Positions 47,645 through 57,426 of a stretch of DNA of 64,000 bases are shown here, piece by piece. Made by a program: the position numbers and the translations under genes. The stretch is taken from positions 2,848,001 through 2,912,000 of the forward strand of contig OZ245742.1 of assembly GCA_965227295.1 (NCBI GenBank), written 5' to 3'. The notes under the pieces were generated by a model that saw only the letters and a list, made by a program, of their open reading frames with translations, ran no database searches and was not told the DNA's origin. Positions within the stretch are counted from its first letter, which is position 1. Every line of letters starts with the position of its first letter. The stretch comes from Leptonemataceae bacterium. GTDB lineage: Bacteria; Spirochaetota; Leptospiria; Leptospirales; Leptonemataceae.

Positions 47645-49129
47645 GTGTCCACATCCATCGAGACAAAGATCATTGCCGCCCTGGTGTTTCGCGAGGCCGG
47701 GAGTCCGGAACCGCCGCAGCATCTTCTCGGCGAAGCGCGGCGTCGCCTGCAGGCGCTCTATCCGGACGTTCCCGTGCACGTCGCACATCAGGGACGGCTC
47801 ATCGATGCGCTGCGCTCGGCGCTTGCGGCCGCGGAAACAACGTCTTCGCAAAATGAGCAGGATAGTGTCGCCGTTTTCTACGACTGGTATCCGCTGCTCG
47901 ATGCCGAACTCAGCCGGGAAGCCGCCGACGAACACGGCCGTTACCTGGCTCACTTTACGTACGGCGAAAACATTCCCCGCGGCCTCATCCCCGATTTCGC
48001 TTCGGCGGAGTTCATCGCCTCGTTGCCGGACGAAGTGCCCGACGACCTGCGAACGTTCGTCTTTCGCAAGATCGATCAGTACGACGTCGAACTCTTTTAC
48101 CGCACGCCGGATCTGCGACAGTATCGCCTGGACGTTTCGTGCAGCAGCCCGCGTTCGCAGCAACTTGCCGCGAGCATTCTGAAACGTGCACCGGAGTTGA
48201 ACTTTGCCGGCCTCGCGGAATTCCTGCGCCGGGAACCGGAGGTGTTGCGCCCGTATCCCTCGTACTTCGAAATCGAAGCATGTGCGGTCTCCGGGGTGCG
48301 GCCCGGGTATTTGCCGCAACCGTTGCAACCACGTGATGCCGTGTTGGACGACGCCCTCATTCAGAAGCTGCGCGAGGATATTCAGAGCAACGGATTGTCC
48401 GGTGACGTCACCGTATCTTTTGCCGGTCCGGGCGACGTCCTCTGGCATCCGCGCTGGCCGGAACTGATCGAGCACTTTACGAAACTCGACGCCGTGCGGC
48501 GGGTCTTCGTCGAAACCTACGGAGTGCTGAGCGATGAGAACGCGCTGTCCGTCGTGGAGCAACTCGCGAAGCTGGAGCAGGCTCACAAAGTTGCGATGAT
48601 CGTACGTTTGTCCACTCTGCGCGGCGATCGTTACGCGGAACTCTACGGCAGCAATCGCCTGGCCGACGTCGAAAGGTTTCTTGCGGCGTTGCAGTCGGCT
48701 CTGTCCGGCGGCCCGGCGACGTTTTCGGCGTACGTGGAAATGCTGCGCCTCAAAGACAGTGACGATGAGGTCGGCGCATTCATGGATCGCTTCGAGGCGG
48801 ACGGATCGCGGGTGCAGCCGCTGCTGGGAAAATACAACAACTACGCCGGGCGCCTACCGGAGCGCCGCGCGGCGGACCTCACGCCCCTGGGGCGGGATTT
48901 CTGCTGGCATCTGGCGCGGGATCTGTACGTAACCGCAGAAGGCCGGGTGCCTCTCTGCAAACAAGACGTGTTTGCCGAACGCGAGACGGCCCTGGATCTC
49001 CGCGAGTACGACGTCGCCGGCATCCTTGCAAAAACGGCCGAACATCACGCGGCTTCGATTCGCGGCGAACATGAACGGATCCCCATGCCGTGCCTGCAAT
49101 GCGATGAATGGTACACGTTCAACGGCTAA
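47645..49129 (+). CDS. Spiro-SPASM protein
   Basis: YLAHFTYGENIPRG, DLRQYRLD, degenerate radical-SAM core, SPASM cysteines CWHLARD..LCKQD..CLQCDEWY. Confidence 0.85.
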   Translation: MSTSIETKIIAALVFREAGSPEPPQHLLGEARRRLQALYPDVPVHVAHQGRLIDALRSALAAAETTSSQNEQDSVAVFYDWYPLLDAELSREAADEHGRYLAHFTYGENIPRGLIPDFASAEFIASLPDEVPDDLRTFVFRKIDQYDVELFYRTPDLRQYRLDVSCSSPRSQQLAASILKRAPELNFAGLAEFLRREPEVLRPYPSYFEIEACAVSGVRPGYLPQPLQPRDAVLDDALIQKLREDIQSNGLSGDVTVSFAGPGDVLWHPRWPELIEHFTKLDAVRRVFVETYGVLSDENALSVVEQLAKLEQAHKVAMIVRLSTLRGDRYAELYGSNRLADVERFLAALQSALSGGPATFSAYVEMLRLKDSDDEVGAFMDRFEADGSRVQPLLGKYNNYAGRLPERRAADLTPLGRDFCWHLARDLYVTAEGRVPLCKQDVFAERETALDLREYDVAGILAKTAEHHAASIRGEHERIPMPCLQCDEWYTFNG

Positions 49130-49153
49130 TGCTCAGCCACGGAAAGTTAGCGC

Positions 49154-50083
49154 TCACATTAAAAACAAGGACCGTTCTTCCGGCGTGGGCAACCGGCAGC
49201 TTTCTTTTTTTCCGAACCAACGATAGCGATTCGCGGCGATGAGATCATACAGACCGTTGCGCCAGGAGCGCGGCAGGAGCAATGCAATCCGGGCGGACTT
49301 CCAGAGTCCGCCGAGACGCAGACCGATGGCGAGTACGGCGTCGGAGCGTTCGTGCAGACCGTGTTCGTCCAGATACAGCATGGTATTCATATCTTCCACG
49401 AGATCCGCGGCGAGTGTACGTTGCGCGAACTCGCCCTGGATCGGAGCATAACGAAAGATGCGGCCTCGATCCTCGACAATGATCCAGTCCACGGCCGTGT
49501 TGCAGAGGCCGCAGAAACCGTCGAAGAAAACCACCGGTGCCTGCCCGGGATGTGTCGCAGGGCGTCCGGGCCCCGGCCATCGGAACGCGAACAGGAACAA
49601 CAGCACCGCCGCCGGAATCAGCGAGGCCAGATAGGCGGCGGCGAAGAAACACAGGATGATGAGTGCAGCCGTTCCGGCCCAGGCGAGCGCGATGAGCCAT
49701 CGCTCGTGCCGCAGGGACCAGGCCGGGTTCGTCTGCCCGGCGAGGCGCCAGGGTTCGCCGCCGGGAGCCAGGACAATCAGGATCAACGGAAACGTACTGA
49801 GCCCGGCGGCCGCGGTTTCCGGCCAGGCGTTCAGGGCGCCGCCGCCTTGCAATGTAGGAGTTCCTACAAAGAGCATCGCGGCAATGACGGCCAGGCTGCT
49901 CAGCCGTCGGACGACTCCAACCATTACGAGTGCCCCTGCAAGTGCGCCCCCGCCGGCGGCCAGCAGGGCGCCGGGATCCGGTGCCGGGACACACATCGCG
50001 GCTCCCCAGGCCACGGCGAACAGGCCGGCCAAAATCCGATACATCGCGAATTGGTGCGGGCTGAGCTGCATTCGAGGCGACAT
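49154..50083 (-). CDS. Membrane protein with C-terminal DCC1/DUF393 thiol-disulfide domain
   Basis: Multi-TM N-terminus; VFFDGFCGLCN..YDLIAANRYRWFG..C. Confidence 0.85.
   Translation of the reverse strand: MSPRMQLSPHQFAMYRILAGLFAVAWGAAMCVPAPDPGALLAAGGGALAGALVMVGVVRRLSSLAVIAAMLFVGTPTLQGGGALNAWPETAAAGLSTFPLILIVLAPGGEPWRLAGQTNPAWSLRHERWLIALAWAGTAALIILCFFAAAYLASLIPAAVLLFLFAFRWPGPGRPATHPGQAPVVFFDGFCGLCNTAVDWIIVEDRGRIFRYAPIQGEFAQRTLAADLVEDMNTMLYLDEHGLHERSDAVLAIGLRLGGLWKSARIALLLPRSWRNGLYDLIAANRYRWFGKKESCRLPTPEERSLFLM
49853..49868. repeat. 16-bp palindromic repeat copy TGTAGGAGTTCCTACA, in CDS
   Basis: Perfect arms; encodes FVGTPT on the minus strand. Confidence 0.85.
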
Positions 50084-50084
50084 T

Positions 50085-50100
50085 TGTAGGAACTCCTACA
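50085..50100. repeat. 16-bp palindromic repeat copy TGTAGGAACTCCTACA, abutting the DUF393 start codon
   Basis: Perfect arms with T/A extension. Confidence 0.85.
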
Positions 50101-50185
50101 ATCAAGGAGCCAGAAGGGGCCACGCGCGGCTGTAAAAATCCCGTGCAGGGCTCGATTTTCCCGCCCGAATGACGATAAAACACGT

Positions 50186-50977
50186 ATGAGCACGGAGCGT
50201 ACTTCCCCTCGCGTCGGCGTATTTATCCAGGCGCGCAGCAATTCCAGCCGTCTGCCGGGAAAGATCTATGCCGGCCTGCCGAACGAGCAGAGCGAATCCG
50301 TACTCGAGCACATCTACCGCCGGTTGTCCACGATGAGCCGGGCCGCCATTGTCGTCCTCGTTCCGGACAGTGACGCCTTTCTGCAACAATGGTGTCGGTC
50401 GCGAGGCATGACTGTCTTTGCCGGTCCGGAGGATGATGTGCGCGAGCGTTATCGTCGCGCAGCGACGCACTTCGGCGTGGATGTGATTGTCCGGGCGACC
50501 GGCGACAATCCCTGCGTGGATCCGGAAATCGCCGTGGATACGGTGCGCGAGCTCATGCATCGGAACGTGGACCTGCTTTCCTTCGGCAATCTGCCGCTCG
50601 GTGTCGCCGTTGAAGCGATGACCGTGGACGCGCTCATGTCCGATCGTGCCCATACCGACGGGACCGTACCGCCCATTCATCGGGAACACGTGAGCCTGCA
50701 CATCAAACATCATCCTGAACAATACAGCATTGAACACCCTGAACATCCTGTAATCGAACAGGTGCTCGGAGTCGCGTCGCCGGGTGCCGAGCACCTGCCC
50801 CGTCTCACGGTGGACACGCCGGAAGACCTCACTGTCGTCCGGCAGCTCTATCGTGAACTGGGCGGGCGCTTTCGGCTGCGGCAGATCCTGCATCTCTTTC
50901 GCGCACGCCCGGAAATGTTTGTCGGCAACCGGCGCATCGTTCAGCGCAGCTTCGCGCCGGTACGCTCGGTGTCTTGA
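50186..50977 (+). CDS. SpsF-like cytidylyltransferase
   Basis: IQARSNSSRLPGK, GPEDDVRERY, VRATGDNP, REHVS, RLTVDTPED. Confidence 0.88.
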   Translation: MSTERTSPRVGVFIQARSNSSRLPGKIYAGLPNEQSESVLEHIYRRLSTMSRAAIVVLVPDSDAFLQQWCRSRGMTVFAGPEDDVRERYRRAATHFGVDVIVRATGDNPCVDPEIAVDTVRELMHRNVDLLSFGNLPLGVAVEAMTVDALMSDRAHTDGTVPPIHREHVSLHIKHHPEQYSIEHPEHPVIEQVLGVASPGAEHLPRLTVDTPEDLTVVRQLYRELGGRFRLRQILHLFRARPEMFVGNRRIVQRSFAPVRSVS

Positions 50978-51870
50978 AGATCGCGATCATCACCGGCGCC
51001 GGCAGGATCGGCGGCATCCAGTACGGCAGCGGTCACTTCGAACGCATGTCGGAACTCCGACGGCGACTGGAGCGACGCGGGGATTCCGCGGAGATCGTTC
51101 CACCGGGTGCGGCCCCGATCCCGGCCGATCTCTACGTCGTCGACGCGCGGGACCTGGATCCGGGGCCCTTCCGCGCCACCGGCCGTCCCGTCCTGGCCCT
51201 CGACAATCGCCACGAATCTCGCCCGCATCACGATCCGCATGCCGACGGAGTCATCTTCTACGATACGATCCCGCATCCCGACGCCGATCTCAGGGCAACT
51301 CTGCGCCGTGCTCTGATCGGGGAAGATGTCATCGAATGTCGGAGTTCCTACAAGGGCGGACCGGGCCCCCGGGACGATCCGGGCCGGGGGCGACCGCGGA
51401 TCTTTGCATACAGCGGCGCATTCCCCGATGTAGCGGGTCTGGACGATTTCCTGGCAGCCGCGGCGCGGCGCGGCCAGGTGGTCAAGCGCTGCGGCACGGC
51501 ACCGCCGACGGCCTCGCTACAGGCGGCCGGTGGTCATCACATCGGGCGCGAATCTCGCGCCGAATTCCTGGCCGATCTTATCTCCGCGGACTGCGTCATC
51601 ACTTACTTCGGAATGACGCTTCTCGAAGCCTGGTATCTGGAAACCGTGCCCGTACTCTACGAAACCACGAGCCCGGTGCACGAAGAACTCGGAGACTACC
51701 TTGCCGGCGCCGCGGGGATACAGCGCCTGCGGTGGAGCGACACATCTCCGGTCGAAAACGAACACCGGCTGGAGCGCCTGGCTGCCGACGATTGGCCGTT
51801 GCCTCCCGGTGGACCAGGCGGCAACGGCTATGACCTTTTAATAGAAGAAATCGACCGACTGAGCCTTTGA
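50974..51870 (+). CDS. SpsG/PseG-like GT-B fold protein
   Basis: TTG start overlapping the upstream stop; YGSGHFERM, ITYFGMTLLEA. Confidence 0.7.
   Translation: MKIAIITGAGRIGGIQYGSGHFERMSELRRRLERRGDSAEIVPPGAAPIPADLYVVDARDLDPGPFRATGRPVLALDNRHESRPHHDPHADGVIFYDTIPHPDADLRATLRRALIGEDVIECRSSYKGGPGPRDDPGRGRPRIFAYSGAFPDVAGLDDFLAAAARRGQVVKRCGTAPPTASLQAAGGHHIGRESRAEFLADLISADCVITYFGMTLLEAWYLETVPVLYETTSPVHEELGDYLAGAAGIQRLRWSDTSPVENEHRLERLAADDWPLPPGGPGGNGYDLLIEEIDRLSL
51047..51062. repeat. 16-bp palindromic repeat copy TGTCGGAACTCCGACG, in CDS
   Basis: 15/16 match to the consensus; encodes MSELR. Confidence 0.7.
51337..51352. repeat. 16-bp palindromic repeat copy TGTCGGAGTTCCTACA, in CDS
   Basis: Encodes CRSSY. 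Confidence 0.8.
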
Positions 51871-52506
51871 TCAACGATTGGGTTGCGGCGTCAGGCGCAG
51901 ATACGGTTTCACCGCACGGTAGCCTTTCGGAAACTTCTTGTCCGCCTCTTCGTTGGAAACAGCCGGCACGATCACGCAGTCCTCGCCGTCCTTCCAGTTT
52001 GCCGGCGTGGCCACCTGATGGTTCGCCGTCAGTTGCAGCGAATCGATGACACGCAGCAGCTCGTCGAAGTTCCTGCCGGTGGACGCCGGATAGGTGAGCG
52101 TGAGTTTGACCTTCTTGTCCGGCCCGATCACGAAGACCGAACGCACTGTCAGGCTGTCCGAGGCGTTCGGGTGAATCATGTCGTACAGCTCCGAAACCTT
52201 GCGATTCTCGTCGGCGATCATCGGAAAGTTCACCGTCGTGCTCTGGGTTTCGTTGATATCGTTGATCCAGCCCTTGTGATCGTCCAGGCCGTCCACCGAC
52301 AGGCCGATCACCTTCACGTTGCGTTTGTCAAACTCGCTCTTCATTTTTGCCACGTAGCCAAGTTCCGTGGTGCACACCGGCGTGTAATCCGCCGGATGCG
52401 AAAACAAAACGCCCCATTGGTCGCCGAGCCACTCGTGAAATTTGAGCTTGCCCTCGGTTGTGTCGGCCTCGAAGTCCGGGGCCGTATCGCCTAATCTGAG
52501 TCCCAT
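51871..52506 (-). CDS. 1-Cys peroxiredoxin (Prx6)
   Basis: FSHPADYTPVCTTE, YPASTGRNFDE, ATPANW; RBS GGAGG. Confidence 0.95.
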   Translation of the reverse strand: MGLRLGDTAPDFEADTTEGKLKFHEWLGDQWGVLFSHPADYTPVCTTELGYVAKMKSEFDKRNVKVIGLSVDGLDDHKGWINDINETQSTTVNFPMIADENRKVSELYDMIHPNASDSLTVRSVFVIGPDKKVKLTLTYPASTGRNFDELLRVIDSLQLTANHQVATPANWKDGEDCVIVPAVSNEEADKKFPKGYRAVKPYLRLTPQPNR

Positions 52507-52682
52507 AATAATTCCTCCTCCGCCGTTTGTCGGCGGCAATTCCTACTGTTTTAGTAGGAAAAAAGGATTTCGCTCCGTCCGCGGCAAGTGAAAATTTTTC
52601 CGGGGAATTTTTGTCGCGGCTTGTCCAGGATAGCGAATCCTCGGCCAGAATAGATATTCACTCCTGAAGTGAGGAAGAGCTC

Positions 52683-53684
52683 ATGTTGAAACGCATCGTC
52701 GGCATTTTTCTGGCCGTTCTGGTTCTGCTCGTGCTGTTGGCCGGGTTCGGCGTCGCCTGGTATTTCACATCCCAGGCCCTGTATCCTGCATGGCAGGGCA
52801 AAGATCTGGATACCTGCCCGGAGCATCGCATTGCCGGATGGGGAGAGGCCTGCGGCAATCTGAGAAATCAGGGCCGGTTGAAGTTCCAGGAAGTCACCTT
52901 TCCGACGTCCCGTGGCTACAGCGTACCCGCCTGGAAATTGTCGTCCGTGGAGAACCGCCGCGTACTTCCGGCCAGTCCCGGTGCCGGGGCGTATCGCTGT
53001 GCTCGCGCCGGTCGTTGCGCCGCCTTTTTTGTCCACGGCGGAGGAGCCGATCGCCGCGAAGGCTACCGATTTGCCCCGTACTTCCTCGGCCGCGGATTCG
53101 ATTTCTACATGCCCGACCTGGTTTGCCACGGGGAGGCCGCCTGCATGCGCCGGGGGCTGAGCTTCGGCGTCCGCGAGCACCTGGACGTGCTTTCGGTCTA
53201 TGATGCCCTGAGCGCCGGTGATCGTTACGACACCATCGTTGTCATGGGCACGTCGGTCGGCGGCATTTCGGTCCTGATGGCTCTGCCGGAGATGGACGAG
53301 GTCTCCGCAGTCGTGGTTGAGAACCCCATGTACAGTGTGCGGCGTTTTGTGCGCGAAACCTCCCGGGCCCCGGCCTTCTTTCCGCTCTGGTATCGGGATT
53401 TCCTGTACTTCATGCTGTCCTTGCGCGGTGGATTCGACGCGAGCGAAGGCGCCGCGGCCGGATTGCAGCGGGCCGGCGAGTCGGGAGAGGACGTCCCGGT
53501 CTTTCTCATGCACGGAACCGCGGACGATCTGATCCCCATCGACCACACCCGGGAGATGTACGAGGAGTACAGCGGTCCCAAAGAGCTACGTATCGTCGAA
53601 GGCGCTGAACACGCGCGCCTCTGGAACGCCGACCCGGGCGAGTATGAGCGTCGTCTGGACCTTTTCTTTCGAAAGCACCTCTGA
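52683..53684 (+). CDS. Alpha/beta hydrolase with N-terminal anchor
   Basis: FVHGGG, GTSVGG nucleophile elbow, MHGTADD, GAEH. Confidence 0.88.
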   Translation: MLKRIVGIFLAVLVLLVLLAGFGVAWYFTSQALYPAWQGKDLDTCPEHRIAGWGEACGNLRNQGRLKFQEVTFPTSRGYSVPAWKLSSVENRRVLPASPGAGAYRCARAGRCAAFFVHGGGADRREGYRFAPYFLGRGFDFYMPDLVCHGEAACMRRGLSFGVREHLDVLSVYDALSAGDRYDTIVVMGTSVGGISVLMALPEMDEVSAVVVENPMYSVRRFVRETSRAPAFFPLWYRDFLYFMLSLRGGFDASEGAAAGLQRAGESGEDVPVFLMHGTADDLIPIDHTREMYEEYSGPKELRIVEGAEHARLWNADPGEYERRLDLFFRKHL

Positions 53685-53735
53685 GCCGCGGTTGCCGGCC
53701 GGGCCGGCCCACTTTTTTAGTGGACCGGCCTGTTC

Positions 53736-53756
53736 TAAGGTGACATAATCCGGTTC
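53736..53756 (+). promoter_or_regulatory. 21-bp motif shared with 57443-57463
   Basis: TAAGGTGACATAATCCGGTTC versus the reverse complement of 57443-57463, TAATGCGACATAATCCGGCTC (18/21). Confidence 0.45.
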
Positions 53757-53980
53757 ATTTTTCGCGGGTTCTGACCGATGCATCCTGAGAGGAGGCGAGA
53801 CCGGATACAATAGTTCCTTGACGCTGGTGCGCCGCGTAAAAAACTGACGAAAGGCTTTGTGCGGCGCACAAAGGTCGCCTGGAAAACCGGGCTGAGCGTC
53901 GCTATACTGAGAAACATAGATACAGATACGAACGAAAACCTCATGCGAAGCCTCGGAGTTCGGAAAAGGGGGGAAACAAG

Positions 53981-54661
53981 ATGACCTACAACATTGAATC
54001 GAAAGTCAAACAAGACATGGACTGGAACAAACTGCGTAGCCTGCTCCTGAAAAAACGAGTCCTGATCCCGGCCCTGGCCGTGCTCCTCGTTTTTGCAGTA
54101 CGGATCGACCTGTCCGGCACCCCGGACCCGGCCGTTCAGCGGGAGCGCATTAGCGCCTACATTGACCACTTCGAACCGCGGGGTATGACCCCGGCGGAAC
54201 ACGATCGCCTGGTGGATGCCATCATGGAGGCCGGCGCAGAAATGGAAATCCCTTCCACGATGCGGATCGATGGACGCCGGATTGTCGGCTCGTATCTGAT
54301 CGCGGCCTACATTCGAGTGGAGTCCTCGTTCCAGCGGCGCGCCCGGTCCATTTCCGACGCTCGGGGTTACATGCAACTGAAGCCGGTCACAGCCCGGTGG
54401 ATCAACTCGGTCGGGCAGCGTCGTTATACCGCCGCTCAGGTGAATCTCTGGGACACGGAGGTAAACGTGGACCTGGGTGCCGAGTATATCAGCTACCTCA
54501 TGACCGAGATGGTGGATGCGCGTAAGGTGGCGCTGGCTTACAATGCCGGCCCGAACAGCGTCCGCCGGGGCATCTACATCGAGGATTACTGGGAAAAGAT
54601 CCTCCACACCTATCGCCAGCTTCGCACCGGTGAGTTTACGGAAGAGGGCGTTCGGCTCTAA
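53981..54661 (+). CDS. Lytic transglycosylase (SLT domain)
   Basis: IRVESSF, ARGYMQL, NVDLGAEY, LAYNAGP. Confidence 0.9.
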   Translation: MTYNIESKVKQDMDWNKLRSLLLKKRVLIPALAVLLVFAVRIDLSGTPDPAVQRERISAYIDHFEPRGMTPAEHDRLVDAIMEAGAEMEIPSTMRIDGRRIVGSYLIAAYIRVESSFQRRARSISDARGYMQLKPVTARWINSVGQRRYTAAQVNLWDTEVNVDLGAEYISYLMTEMVDARKVALAYNAGPNSVRRGIYIEDYWEKILHTYRQLRTGEFTEEGVRL

Positions 54662-55287
54662 TCCTCTCGCTCGAACCTGGCCTGCTCCAGATATACGTAG
54701 CCGCCGCGCTTGGGAGACTCCCAGCCGCGGCGGCGCAGTTCCCGCCCCAGCAACCACAGAAAAAAACCATGCGAGTACAGCGCCACCTGGCGCTGCGGAA
54801 CGTCGGTGACCTTGCGCTCCAGATAGTCTGCCGCCGCGCGGACGCGGTGTAGCGACTCCCGCCTGCTTTCGGCCGCGGGCTGCCAGCCGGTAAACCAGCC
54901 CCAGCGCACGATCAGCAATAACAGCCAGGTCGGCAGGTGCAGACCTTCATTGCGAAAGCGGCCCAGAGGGATCTCCCGGAACATGGCATTGATTTCGATG
55001 TCTGTGACGCTCAGGCCGGTATAGAGGACGGCCGTGTCCAGGGCGCGAGGAAGATCGGAAGAGATGGGATGCGCGGTTTCCGGAGGGATCGGTCCGGGGA
55101 GACGCTCGCGGTTCCACGTCGGTTCCAGGCCGGCGTCGTCGTAGGCGTCGAGCAGGCGATTCATCTCACCGGCGCGGAGCCAACGACGCGGTTCACCGCT
55201 GTAGCGCAGAGTCGGTCGACCGTGACGCACCAGGATGATGCCGGCGCGGGTGTTTGACGGAGATGATGCGTATGCCGGAGGGCTCAG
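54658..55287 (-). CDS. Histidine phosphatase family protein
   Basis: IILVRHG, SSDLPRALDTA, FREIP, YSHGF. The start is uncertain; a CTG at 55287 is proposed. Confidence 0.8.
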   Translation of the reverse strand: MSPPAYASSPSNTRAGIILVRHGRPTLRYSGEPRRWLRAGEMNRLLDAYDDAGLEPTWNRERLPGPIPPETAHPISSDLPRALDTAVLYTGLSVTDIEINAMFREIPLGRFRNEGLHLPTWLLLLIVRWGWFTGWQPAAESRRESLHRVRAAADYLERKVTDVPQRQVALYSHGFFLWLLGRELRRRGWESPKRGGYVYLEQARFERED

Positions 55288-55502
55288 TCGCCGCGCTCCA
55301 GTTTTCCGAGCAGGCGCTCCAGGTCTCCCAGGTTCGCATCGTCCGGAGCCTGAGGGGCCGGCATGTCGCTCAGATCGTACTGTTCCAGTTTCTTGTTGAG
55401 CAGTTCGAGGTGCTGCTGTAGTCGCCGTCGGGTGTTGAACCAGATGTTCACCCGGTGTTTCTCGATGAGATCGAGTTCTGAGTACTTCTTACGGGCGGGC
55501 AT
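55284..55502 (-). CDS. Hypothetical 72-aa coiled-coil protein
   Basis: MPARKKYSELDLIEKHRVNIWFNTRRRLQQ...; ATG immediately after the upstream stop. Confidence 0.65.
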   Translation of the reverse strand: MPARKKYSELDLIEKHRVNIWFNTRRRLQQHLELLNKKLEQYDLSDMPAPQAPDDANLGDLERLLGKLERGD

Positions 55503-55503
55503 G

Positions 55504-56139
55504 TCAGTTCTCTTCGAATTCGATGCGCTTGACGACGTCCTTGTGGCAGACGACGCGATGGCCGTTGGAAGGCCCCTCGATACCGGTGTACCACTTGCCG
55601 TCTTTATCCTGGAAGTCCATCCAGTAGCTGAATAATTGCACGGTTCCGTTGGGATTTTCAACGACGAATTGCGAGAGAAACGGAAAAAGCTCTCCGTCCC
55701 GGATGAGGCTGCGTCCGCCGTGCAACTCCACCACGCTGCGATCCGCATCGAAGCGATAGATCCAGCCGCTTTCCCGCTGCTTGACCATGGATCCCTTCCA
55801 GCGCTTGAGTTCGATGGAGCGAATTTCCCGGGGGCGCACGTCCTTGCGGTAGCGCACGCCGTCCACCTGGTGGAAGATTGAAATCACTTCCGGTACGCGT
55901 ACGGTGATATCGCCACCCACACGCCGTCCGTCACAGAGTTCCACTTTTACGGAGAAGCGGCGTTCTTCCAACTGCGGCCCTTTTTGTTCGCCGCTCTCCC
56001 CTTCCCGGGCGGTCGGCCCGGCGGTCTTCTCGACAGGCTCCGAACTAGTCGTCGACCCCTGGGAGTGCAGGTTACCCCGGGCGGGCAGCAGTACCAGCAG
56101 GGCAGCGATTAGAACGGGGCTGTACGCTGCTAATTTCAT
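55504..56139 (-). CDS. Hypothetical secreted protein
   Basis: Signal peptide, coding-like codon usage, operon position. Confidence 0.75.
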   Translation of the reverse strand: MKLAAYSPVLIAALLVLLPARGNLHSQGSTTSSEPVEKTAGPTAREGESGEQKGPQLEERRFSVKVELCDGRRVGGDITVRVPEVISIFHQVDGVRYRKDVRPREIRSIELKRWKGSMVKQRESGWIYRFDADRSVVELHGGRSLIRDGELFPFLSQFVVENPNGTVQLFSYWMDFQDKDGKWYTGIEGPSNGHRVVCHKDVVKRIEFEEN

Positions 56140-56170
56140 CTTGCTAATCTTCAGTCAATCGAACTCAGTC

Positions 56171-57349
56171 CTAGATCAGGCCGCGGAGCGACATGGCGAT
56201 GCGTTCGACGTTATTTGCCGTGAGCGCGGGATAGATCGGAATCGCCACGGCTTTCTGGTAGATGCGTTCGGCGTTCGGGAATTCCAGGCGGGCCCGGCCC
56301 AGAAGATGGTGCAGGGGCGGGTCCACCGCGCGGCCGACACCGATCTGGAGCGAAGCGAAGTAGCGCAGGACCTCTTCGTTGCTCTTGTTGATGATAACCG
56401 GAAAGCGCAGATACGCGTCCGTGCCCGTGTTCTTAAAGTAGGTCTCGTGTTTCGTGGTCCGCAGGGTCTCTAAGTACTTCTGCGCGATCTTTTTGCGGCG
56501 GGCGAGGGTCACTCCCAGGCGCGAGAGTTGATCGAGGCCCATGGCGGCCTGAAAATCTTCCAGGCCGTAGTCGAAGGCGATGGAGCCGGCGGTACGTTTG
56601 CCGCCGTAGCGGTAGTTATGCAGGGTCTTGTAGACCTTCGGGTCCTGGGTGACGATCACGGCACCGTTGCCCGTCGTCAAAAGATCGTACTCGGAGAGAC
56701 CGCAGACGCCGACGTGGCCGCCCTTGCCGAAGTACTCGCCTTCTTGATCGGAACCCACCAGACCGGTGAAGTCTTCGATGATCTTAACGCCGCGTTCCTG
56801 AAGTGTCTCCGGAACGATCGGCGAAACGCTGCCGAAGGTATGATCGTACACATAAAAGATTTTGCGGCCTTCCTCGGTGACGGGTGCTGCTTCTTCCGCG
56901 TCGGGCTCTCCGGAAGAAGCCGGTTCTACCGGCACGGCCGGGCTGTCCTCGATCAGGGCGTCGATCTTTTCCAGGAGAGTCTCCGGGTCCGGATGGAACG
57001 AACCGCGGCCGACGTCGATGACCACCGGCTCCGCGCCGACGTAACGCACGGCATCGATGGCCTGCACGGGGGAGAGCGCGCTCATGACCACGACATCGCC
57101 GGGCTGCATGCCGAGAGTGAGGTACGAAAGATGATAGGCCGCTGCCAGCGAGTTGACTGCCAGCACGTGTTTGTAAGCAAACGCATGCGCGAAGCTGCGC
57201 TCGAAGCGGCGCGTGATATCGCCCTGGCCGAGGCGATCCTGGATCAAGCAGTCCAGGACCGATTCCAGTTCCTGTTTGGACAGGGTCGGGCGGTGAGCCT
57301 CGATGGGTTTCGGTTTCTTTTCGTTTAGATACAGACTAACCGATGACAC
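56171..57349 (-). CDS. DegT/DnrJ/EryC1/StrS aminotransferase-like protein
   Basis: FERSFA..AVNSLAAAYHL, GAEPVVIDV, IIEDF, AAMGLDQL..RKKIA..Y, IPIYPAL. The PLP lysine appears to be missing. Confidence 0.82.
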   Translation of the reverse strand: MSSVSLYLNEKKPKPIEAHRPTLSKQELESVLDCLIQDRLGQGDITRRFERSFAHAFAYKHVLAVNSLAAAYHLSYLTLGMQPGDVVVMSALSPVQAIDAVRYVGAEPVVIDVGRGSFHPDPETLLEKIDALIEDSPAVPVEPASSGEPDAEEAAPVTEEGRKIFYVYDHTFGSVSPIVPETLQERGVKIIEDFTGLVGSDQEGEYFGKGGHVGVCGLSEYDLLTTGNGAVIVTQDPKVYKTLHNYRYGGKRTAGSIAFDYGLEDFQAAMGLDQLSRLGVTLARRKKIAQKYLETLRTTKHETYFKNTGTDAYLRFPVIINKSNEEVLRYFASLQIGVGRAVDPPLHHLLGRARLEFPNAERIYQKAVAIPIYPALTANNVERIAMSLRGLI

Positions 57350-57426
57350 AGATCACCTCAAGAGTACAGATTGGCGCATGTTCATAACGCGGGGACAAGT
57401 CTACGGGGCCGGGACTCGATGAAAAC

